64,000 nt of DNA from a bacterium (lineage in GTDB: Bacteria; UBA8248), in contig OZ241996.1 of assembly GCA_965204535.1 (NCBI GenBank), positions 960,001-1,024,000 on the forward strand, read 5' to 3'. Below, piece after piece: positions 56,601-64,000 of this stretch. Position 1 is the first letter of the stretch. Each line of letters begins with the position of its first letter. The position numbers and the translations under genes were made by a program. The notes under the pieces were generated by a model. The model was not told where the DNA came from, ran no database searches, and was given only the letters and a program-made list of their open reading frames with translations.

Positions 56601-57106
56601 TCTTGGAAGAAGTCGTGCAGGAGGCCAAGGGCGAGACGGTCGAGCGCAGCGAACCCGATATCGCCGCGCCGGTGGCGGGCACGCTGCCTCCTTCCTGGAT
56701 TCCGGCCCAGGCCGAGCGCCTGGACGTATATCGCCGAATCGCATCGGCGCAGGCGCCGGCCGAGTTGAGGGAGTTGGGCGTGGAGCTCCAGGATAAATAC
56801 GGAGCAATGCCGGCGCGGGCCCTCCACCTTCTGCAACTCGGGGAACTCCGCTTGCGCGCCCGCCTTTGCGGCATCAAGTCTCTCCACGTCCGCGGCAAGG
56901 AGGCGCATCTGGAAATTTTCCCGGGCGACTATGAGTTGACGGCCGCCTTTCTCGACATGCCGGGAATGGTGTTTACCGACGCCCACGCTTTTCGCGCCGG
57001 CATCAGCGGGCGCTGGCCGGAGGATTTTGACTTTCTCGTTCAAGTGCTGGATGCTTTGGAAGTGTGCAAGGTACCGGAAGGCGAGTTGGCGGCGAAAGAG
57101 GCATGA
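53654..57106 (+). CDS. mfd: Transcription-repair coupling factor
   Basis: VRGGILD, VVHVEHGVG, CGDVGYGKTEVA, IDEEHRFGV, TATPIPRTL, QLRGRVGR. Confidence 0.97.
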   Translation: MNKSFLSLRGLDGVRRVHLRGANDASVAWWLARIAREHPGPVVYVEEEQRRLEVIKANMKLFLGASGERNAPVLGFPAWDVYPFSRLSPSSEIVGERMSALRFLRDGGQGVVLTSVSAMGTRVPPPERLSAAVIHLREGMEIERDPFIGSLESLMYQRRSVVESPGEYTVRGGILDFFSPQNAYPTRLELRGDEIDSLRNFNPQTQRNLNTLQSADVFPSREIVLSPEEVERGRRALLEADTPETSERVERLLEYLDADGHFSGVEGLAPMFLSDMTTLFDVAPGSALWIVNEAENLDEAIEKLWGEVNEEARLAPERGLVSFVPERLWLAPEEIREELSIWPRLEFHSLGLDAKDAEESFGALRAENINPFRGRVEAFVGQLRSWRRGDESVVIVAEEKTLALRIQALLREHEVGVEILPRGASLMDGRHDVVLAEGKLGAGFRLPDERRVFFRAQDLLVGALGRDSRRLPRSKPGEGFKDLSENDLVVHVEHGVGRYMGTRVIEHRDGENEFLTLQYAGGDKLYVPMDDVERIHKYRGGGVAPPLDRLGGNRWNKTKNNVKKSLQGIARDLVRLYSERSAARGYAFSAEGAFDHEISAGFGFEETPDQEQAIRAVLEDMERARPMDRLICGDVGYGKTEVALRAAARAISAGKQVAVIVPTTLLAHQHWDTFRTRFESLPARVEMLSRFRSRKEQTEVVEGLSAGRVDIVIGTHRMLQKDVSFRDLGLLVIDEEHRFGVSHKEKLKKLRVNVDVLTLTATPIPRTLEMALSGTRDLSVIETPPRHRVAPRTYISRFSEKLIKDAVTKEIDRGGQVFFVHNRVQSLPAMQRLLRKLAPDARVLVGHGQMKERELEDVMEQFVTRRADVLLCTTIIESGLDIPSVNTIVINRADTFGMAQLYQLRGRVGRDRFQAHAYLLVSGAGSLTKQARERLQALEELSELGAGFKLAMRDLEIRGAGHLLGHRQSGQISAVGFDMYCRLLEEVVQEAKGETVERSEPDIAAPVAGTLPPSWIPAQAERLDVYRRIASAQAPAELRELGVELQDKYGAMPARALHLLQLGELRLRARLCGIKSLHVRGKEAHLEIFPGDYELTAAFLDMPGMVFTDAHAFRAGISGRWPEDFDFLVQVLDALEVCKVPEGELAAKEA

Positions 57107-57116
57107 GGCTCTCATC

Positions 57117-58100
57117 ATGGGAAATGTGAGGCGTGCGCGGCGTCTGGTTCGAGGCGGCCTGACCCGGGGGGCGTGGATTTGCGGGGTGGCGCTGCTCGTC
57201 GCGGCGGGTTGTGATTCCGCGTTTCAGACGAAACATGAGAAAAAAGACGTCCTGCTCGCGCAGGTGAACGGCGAGCCGATTACCCGCGAGGACGTGCGCA
57301 CGCATTTCATGGTGGGCGGGCATCACGAAACGCCCCGCAAGGCCGAAAAATCCATACCCAGGGTCCTCCTGGATCAACTCGTGGAAAGGCGTCTCTTGCT
57401 CCAGCGTTTCCGGGAGACGGGCGAATATGTAAGCGAGGGGAAGGTGAGGCGTTTCGTCGAATTCATCCGCCGCCAGTACGGCGATCAGGATTTGAAGACC
57501 ATCATGAAAGAACAGGGGATCGACGAGGAGTTGTGGCTCAAGACGATGCGCGAGACGCTCGAGATTGAGCACCTGCTGGAAAGGGAAGTGTATTCGAAGT
57601 TGAAGGTCTCGGATTCGGAGATTGAAGATTATTACAACCGCAACAAGGGGAAATTCCGGGTTGGAAGACGCTGGCGGGTTCGCCAAATCGTCGTCTCTTC
57701 GACTAAAATAGCTTTGCGGTTGAGGAACCTTATCCTCGAGGGGAAATCGTTCGCGGCGCTTGCGCAGGAACATTCCATTGGTCCCTCGCGCGCCGTGGGC
57801 GGCGATTTGGGTTATTTCCAGCAAGGAGAATTGCCCGAAAACATCGAGAATGTGGTGGAATCGCTGGAGCTGGGCGAGGTGAGCCGGGTCGTCAAGAGTC
57901 CGGCGGGCTTCCACCTCCTGGAGGTATCGGAGCGGAGGTTGCCGTTCCAGAAACCATTGGCGTCCGTGAGGGGCGACATCAGAAAACGCTTGCTGGCCGA
58001 TAAGGGGCGAGCGAAACTCGAGGGCTGGCTCGGAGAACTCAAGCGAAATGCGAAGATCACATACTATCTGGAAAATCTTGAAAATGTCGTATCGGGCTAG
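57117..58100 (+). CDS. Parvulin-type peptidylprolyl isomerase (PrsA/SurA-like, probable lipoprotein)
   Basis: VAAGC lipobox, AQVNGEPIT, FAALAQEHS, GGDLG, GFHL. Confidence 0.85.
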   Translation: MGNVRRARRLVRGGLTRGAWICGVALLVAAGCDSAFQTKHEKKDVLLAQVNGEPITREDVRTHFMVGGHHETPRKAEKSIPRVLLDQLVERRLLLQRFRETGEYVSEGKVRRFVEFIRRQYGDQDLKTIMKEQGIDEELWLKTMRETLEIEHLLEREVYSKLKVSDSEIEDYYNRNKGKFRVGRRWRVRQIVVSSTKIALRLRNLILEGKSFAALAQEHSIGPSRAVGGDLGYFQQGELPENIENVVESLELGEVSRVVKSPAGFHLLEVSERRLPFQKPLASVRGDIRKRLLADKGRAKLEGWLGELKRNAKITYYLENLENVVSG

Positions 58101-59571
58101 ATGTTTTTGCGTTTTGGCGATTGCGTTTTGCGCCCTGGCGGGCGCGGCGGTTCCGGTGACCTCCGCCTCCGTGACGATCGAGAGAATCATCGCGAAGATT
58201 GACGATGACATCATCATGCTCTCGGAGCTTCAGGATTTCGTGAAGCCCAGAATCGAGAAGTTGCGGCAGAATTACAGGGGCGAACAATTGAACCGGCGGA
58301 TCCGCGAGCTCGAACTCGCGGCGCTCGACACCATGATCCAGAGCAAACTCATCGCGAAGCGCGCCTCTGGTCTCGAGTTGAACGTCAGCGAAAAGGAAAT
58401 CGAAAACGCAATTGCGGGCATACTTCGCGAGAACAAGACGACGACGGCCGGGTTGCGCGCTTTCCTGGAGTCGCAGGGAATGACGATGGAGCAATACCGC
58501 GACGAGCTTCGCAAGAAGTTGCTGGCGCGAAGAGTGGAGAACATGGAAGTCGGCGGGCGCGTCTCGGTGTTGGAGCAGGAAATCGCGGATTATTACGACG
58601 CGCATTCCGATGACTACCGCGAGGCCGAGAAGCGGACGGTGCGGCAGATTTTCTTTCCCGTAGACAAGGGCGCCTCCGCCTCTGAAATCGAGGCGCAGCG
58701 CAAAAAGGCGGACCTCGCTTATGCGGAAGCCGCGAAGCCGGGTGCTGATTTCGCCGAAGTGGCGGAGAAGCATTCAGAAGGCCCCGCCCGGAGCCGGGGC
58801 GGCTCGCTGGGTTCGGTGAAGAAAGGCGAGGTCTTTCCCGAACTCGAGCAACTCATTTTCTCGACGGCGAAGGGTGCGACGAGCAAGCCGACGAGAACGA
58901 GGGTGGGCTTTCACGTCATCCACGTCGATGACGTGGAGCCGGGGAAGGTGATTACCCTCGACAGGGTGTCCGGCAAAATCCGCAGCAAACTCTTCCAGGA
59001 GAAATTCACCAAGAGACGCCGCGAATGGATAACGGACCTCAAAAGAGCCGCTTTTCTCGAAATCAGCTACGACCCCGCTCCTTCCCCCGATGGCTTGTCT
59101 TCCGTGTTCCGGGATGTTCGCGAGCAGATCAGCTTCAGGCTGGTCGGCGTCAAGCTCAAACAAAGCGGCGGCAGGTTGTTCGGGCAGGACAGAATTTTGT
59201 GGGCCTACGGCGCGAACAGGGACAAGCCCCGCTGGAAGTCGGACAAGGTGAAGGTGGGCGAGGGCGCGAGTGTGGGGAAAGACGCCATCAACGCCCTGGA
59301 GGCGGGGCATCGGTTGTTCGTGAATCCCGACCCGTCGGCGAACGTCTATTTGTTCCGTTACGTGTATCTGCTGCCCGACTCCTACATCGGCAAAATCAGC
59401 TTTGCGGACATGCTCAAGGCGTTCTCGGAAGGGTCGAAGGGCGAAGGAGGAAAAGCCGGGTCGAGAACGATGTCCATCGAGACGGACAACAAGGCCGCGC
59501 GGCTCGAGTTCGAGGTGGAGGTTCAGAAGACGCGCAGCATCGTGGCGGATCCGAAAGAAATCACCCAATGA
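58084..59571 (+). CDS. SurA-like parvulin PPIase with C-terminal extension
   Basis: ERIIAKIDDDII, FAEVAEKHSE, GGSLG, GFHVI. Confidence 0.82.
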   Translation: MSYRARCFCVLAIAFCALAGAAVPVTSASVTIERIIAKIDDDIIMLSELQDFVKPRIEKLRQNYRGEQLNRRIRELELAALDTMIQSKLIAKRASGLELNVSEKEIENAIAGILRENKTTTAGLRAFLESQGMTMEQYRDELRKKLLARRVENMEVGGRVSVLEQEIADYYDAHSDDYREAEKRTVRQIFFPVDKGASASEIEAQRKKADLAYAEAAKPGADFAEVAEKHSEGPARSRGGSLGSVKKGEVFPELEQLIFSTAKGATSKPTRTRVGFHVIHVDDVEPGKVITLDRVSGKIRSKLFQEKFTKRRREWITDLKRAAFLEISYDPAPSPDGLSSVFRDVREQISFRLVGVKLKQSGGRLFGQDRILWAYGANRDKPRWKSDKVKVGEGASVGKDAINALEAGHRLFVNPDPSANVYLFRYVYLLPDSYIGKISFADMLKAFSEGSKGEGGKAGSRTMSIETDNKAARLEFEVEVQKTRSIVADPKEITQ

Positions 59572-59580
59572 TGACGTAAG

Positions 59581-59895
59581 ATGCGCCTCGACCAGTTTTT
59601 GCGTTATAGCCGTCTGGTCAAGCGCCGTCCCCTGGCCAAGAGCCTGGCGGACGGGGGCGCAGTGGATATCGAGGGGAAAACGGCCAAAGCCTCCTCCCGG
59701 GTGGAAATCGGAGACGTGCTGCGCTTAAGACTCGAGAACAGGACCCTGCGGGTCCGCGTCCTGGGGGAGGCGAGGCGCAATCTGTCGAAAAAAGACGCCT
59801 CCGCCCTGTTCGAGATTCTGGAGGAATCCGCCCCTATCCCCGGTGAAACGGAGGAACGCTCGGGCGCGCCGCTCGATTTTTTGAAGCGCGGCTGA
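59581..59895 (+). CDS. S4 RNA-binding domain protein (RqcP/YabO/Hsp15-like)
   Basis: MRLDQFL..SRLVKRRPLAK..AKASSRVEIGD. Confidence 0.85.
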   Translation: MRLDQFLRYSRLVKRRPLAKSLADGGAVDIEGKTAKASSRVEIGDVLRLRLENRTLRVRVLGEARRNLSKKDASALFEILEESAPIPGETEERSGAPLDFLKRG

Positions 59896-59989
59896 ATTCC
59901 CTCTTGCTCTTTCGCAGAAAGACTGCTAGTTTTATCGAAATTTCCCGGTTGACCTTCGCCGGGCGGAAATGACATGGTGACATAGAAAT

Positions 59990-60026
59990 TCCCCTTTAAT
60001 GTCGTCCCGTGAGGCGGCGAAGGAGG
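59990..60026 (+). promoter_or_regulatory. PyrR-binding RNA loop
   Basis: CCTTTAATGTCGTCCCGTGAGGCGGCGAAGG fits the CUUUAA..GUCCNGNGAGG consensus, upstream of pyrR. Confidence 0.8.
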
Positions 60027-60061
60027 AAACCCGGATGCTTGCCATCTTCTCGCGCGTTCTC

Positions 60062-60096
60062 AAAACTCCATGCCCCTTGGGCATGGAGTTTTTTTT
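60062..60096 (+). terminator. pyr attenuator terminator
   Basis: AAAACTCCATGCCC/GGGCATGGAGTTTT hairpin with T tract. Confidence 0.85.
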
Positions 60097-60135
60097 GTGC
60101 TCCGCTCACGCGCCCGGACACCGGATTCGGGCCAG

Positions 60136-60660
60136 ATGATGCAACAACTCGACGCCGAGCAGCTGAGGCGCACCCTGAGGCGCCTTTCGCATGAGATTAT
60201 CGAGCGCACGGCCGATCTGTCGGATCTGGTGTTCATCGGCATCCGCACGAGGGGCGCGCCGCTCGCGGAAAGGCTGGCCCGGGAGCTTCAGTCTCTCGTG
60301 GGCGTGCATCCGCTCGTGGGCGCGCTCGACGTGACGCTCTACCGCGACGATCTGAATCAGGCCGCAGGCGCGAGGACCGGCCTCAAGAAGACGGACCTGC
60401 CCTTCTCCTGCGAGGGGAAAGACGTGGTTCTCGTCGACGATGTGCTCTACACGGGCCGCACGGCGCGCGCCGCCCTGGCCGCGCTCATGGGCTTCGGCCG
60501 GCCCCGCAGGGTGCGTCTTGCCATCCTGGTGGACAGGGGAGGACGCGAACTGCCTATCCGCGCCGATTTCGTGGGGAAGAACATCGAGGCGATCCATCCC
60601 GAGGAGGTGCGGGTGCATCTGGAGGAGACCGACGGCCAGGACGCCGTTTACAAACGATAA
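60136..60660 (+). CDS. pyrR: Bifunctional pyr operon regulator / UPRTase
   Basis: [51 protein letters not shown]. Confidence 0.93.
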   Translation: MMQQLDAEQLRRTLRRLSHEIIERTADLSDLVFIGIRTRGAPLAERLARELQSLVGVHPLVGALDVTLYRDDLNQAAGARTGLKKTDLPFSCEGKDVVLVDDVLYTGRTARAALAALMGFGRPRRVRLAILVDRGGRELPIRADFVGKNIEAIHPEEVRVHLEETDGQDAVYKR

Positions 60661-60697
60661 TCAAGCCCGCAAACCGGGGCGTTACAGGGGGGATGAT

Positions 60698-61709
<1,012 letters not shown>

Positions 61710-61726
<17 letters not shown>

Positions 61727-63032
61727 GGGAGGACGCCTCATCGACCCCGCAGGCGGCGTCGATGAGAAATGCGACATCCTGATCGAGGAGGGGAAGGTCG
61801 CGCACCGGAAAAAGAACATCCTGCCGCGCGGCGGGGATGAGATCATCGACGCCGAGGGGCTCGTCGTAGCACCCGGGTTCATCGACATGCACGTCCATTT
61901 CCGCGAGCCGGGGCAGGAGTACAAGGAAGACATCGAGAGCGGCACCCGCGCCGCCGCCGCGGGCGGCTTCACCGGCGTGGCCTGCATGGCGAACACCGAC
62001 CCGGTCAACGATACGAGTTCCATCACCGAACGCATCTTGAAGCGCGCGCGCGAGGTGGGCGCCTGCCGCGTGTTCCCGGTCGGCTCGGTTTCGGTGGGCC
62101 TCAAGGGCGAAGAACTGAGCGAGATGGCCGAGCAGATGGAGGCGGGCGCGGTGGCCTTCAGCGACGACGGCGTGCCCGTGAAGACGGCGGCGCTCATGCG
62201 CGCGGCCCTGGAATACGCCGGAATGCTCGGCGTGAGCGTGCTCGATCACGCGGAAGACCTCTCGCTCTCGGGGGGGAAGGTGATGAACGAGGGGGCCGTC
62301 TCCACCCTGCTCGGCCTGGCGGGAAACCCGGCGGCGAGCGAGGACATCTGCGTTTACCGCGACATCCGCTTGGCGGAGCTGACCGGCGGCAGGCTCCACA
62401 TCCTGCACATCTCCTCCGCGGGCGCGGTGGACTTGGTCCGCGCGGCGCGGGCGCGCGGGGTCCGCGTGACGGCCGAGGTGACGCCGCACCATTTCGCACT
62501 TACGGACGAGGTGATACAGGGCTTCGACTCAGCCGCCAAGATGGCGCCGCCGCTGCGCGATGAGGCGAACAGGGGGGCGCTGCTGGAGGGACTCAAGGAC
62601 GGCACGATATCCGCTATCGCATCGGATCACGCGCCGCACTACGAGGCGGAGACCCAAAGGGAGTTCGACGCCGTTCCGTTCGGGATCGTGGGGCTGGAGA
62701 CGGCCGTATCGCTCGCGCTGGACAGGCTCGTGGGCGGGGGGGTGCTCACGCTGCCCGAGATGATAGCGAAGTTCACGGCGGGGCCGAGCGAAGTGCTCGG
62801 CCTGCCCTACGGCACGCTGAAAGAGGGCGCTCCGGGGGACGTGACGATTCTCGACCCCGAACGCGAGATCACGGTCGACCCCGACGCCTTCGAGAGCAAC
62901 GGCAGGAACACGCCCTTCGCGGGCTGGAAGCTCAGGGGCTGCGCCGTGGCCACGGTCGTCGGGGGAGACGTGCGGATGAGCAGGCTTGCGGGTGAAACGG
63001 AAATCCGCGGGCAGGAGGCGCTCACCCCATGA
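61710..63032 (+). CDS. pyrC: Dihydroorotase
   Basis: [36 protein letters not shown]. Confidence 0.95.
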
Positions 63033-64000
63033 GAGGACGAAAAATCAAACCGGCGCTCCTGGCCCTGGAGGACGGCAGAGTCTTCCGGGGCGCGGGTTTC
63101 GGGGCGGACGCGGACGCGGAAGGCGAACTCGTCTTCAACACGGCGATGACGGGCTATCAGGAAGTGCTCACCGACCCCTCCTACCGCGGCCAGATGGTGG
63201 TGATGACGTACCCCCACATCGGGAACTACGGCGTCATCCCCGGCGATGAGGAATCCCGCCGCGCCTGGGTCGAGGCGTTCATCGTGAAGGAAGTCTGCAG
63301 GCGCCACAGCAATTTCCGGGCGAACGAGGACCTGGATTCCTATCTCAAAAGACAGGGGGTTCCCGGTATCGAGGGCGTCGACACCCGCGCGCTCACGCGC
63401 CACATCAGGGAGGCGGGCGCTCTGCGGGCGATACTCTCCTCAAAGGATCTGGACGAAGAGAACCTCATCGCGCGCGCCAAGGCGAGTCCGGGGCTGGACG
63501 GGCGCGACATGGTGCGCGACGTGACTTGCGAGGCCGCGCACGCCTGGGGCGAGCGCAAGGGCCGCCCGCTCTGCGTGGCCTATGACCTGGGGGCCAAGGA
63601 CAACATTTTCCGCGAACTGGGGGCGCGTTTCGATCTCGAAATCGTGCCGGCTTCGGAGACCGCGGAGAGCGTGCTGGCGAGAAAGCCCGCCGCCGTTTTC
63701 CTCTCGAACGGCCCCGGCGACCCGGCGGCGCTCGGCTACGTCGTCGAGAACGTGAAATCGATCATGGGCCGGGTGCCCGTCGTGGGCATCTGCCTGGGGC
63801 ACCAGATTCTGGCGCAGGCCCTGGGCGGGCGGACGTACAAGCTCAAGTTCGGCCACCACGGCGCGAACCACCCCGTGCAGGATTTGAGCACGAAAAAGGT
63901 GGACATCACTTCCCAGAACCACTCGTTCGCCGTCGACCCCGAGAGCCTGCCCGCAGGGGTGGCCGTTACGCATTCGTCTCTCAACGACAAGACTTGCGAG
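63029..64000 (+). CDS. carA: Carbamoyl-phosphate synthase small subunit, 3' end runs off the window
   Basis: Not in the ORF track. From ATG 63029: ALLALEDG, FNTAMTGYQE..TDPSY, LSNGPGDP, GICLGHQ, KFGHHGANHPV, TSQNH. Confidence 0.95.
   Translation, partial: MRGRKIKPALLALEDGRVFRGAGFGADADAEGELVFNTAMTGYQEVLTDPSYRGQMVVMTYPHIGNYGVIPGDEESRRAWVEAFIVKEVCRRHSNFRANEDLDSYLKRQGVPGIEGVDTRALTRHIREAGALRAILSSKDLDEENLIARAKASPGLDGRDMVRDVTCEAAHAWGERKGRPLCVAYDLGAKDNIFRELGARFDLEIVPASETAESVLARKPAAVFLSNGPGDPAALGYVVENVKSIMGRVPVVGICLGHQILAQALGGRTYKLKFGHHGANHPVQDLSTKKVDITSQNHSFAVDPESLPAGVAVTHSSLNDKTCE

Noticed and set aside
54101-57118. 1005-aa antisense ORF and other long shadow ORFs (e.g. 11219-13054, 4430-5923, 60554-62197)
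   Set aside because: Antisense to well-supported genes, which is typical of high-GC codon bias; no recognisable motifs.

Overview
GC-rich bacterial chromosome segment. The repeat load and surface lipoprotein suggest a host-associated, possibly sponge-type, uncultured lineage, but this is only an impression. Left third (1-20 kb): N-heterocycle/amide catabolism, with a DHDPS-family aldolase, a Liv-type ABC transporter whose leader is interrupted by a complete IS1182 (16-bp target duplication), cyclase-fdrA-ylbE, a BMP/nucleoside ABC transporter, an AtzD-type cyclic amide hydrolase and carbamate kinase. 20-27 kb is accessory: a TbpB-like surface lipoprotein, a RAYT transposase, a small coiled-coil gene, an orphan pyrR and several palindromic repeat families. 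The lipoprotein has a ~700-nt leader holding an array of RBS-mimic/anti-RBS hairpins and a structured 3' trailer. 27-36 kb: cca, TPR, DUF1194, two quinone oxidoreductases, HAD, a ThDP decarboxylase pair, pdxA. 36-48 kb is selenium-themed: ridA-yqeB-(MoxR AAA+)-(vWA)-yqeC-xdhC, plus a UGA-readthrough UGSC selenoprotein missed by the ORF track that is co-oriented with two acyl-CoA dehydrogenases. Right part is housekeeping: RelE TA, aroF, rodZ, mfd, two PPIases, an S4 protein and pyrR-pyrB-pyrC-carA with a PyrR attenuator. Best candidates for undescribed biology: the RBS-mimic array, the AAA+/vWA pair inside the Se-Mo hydroxylase maturation operon, and the AtzD + FdrA/YlbE + carbamate kinase pathway. 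All calls come from reading the sequence by eye; no database searches were run.
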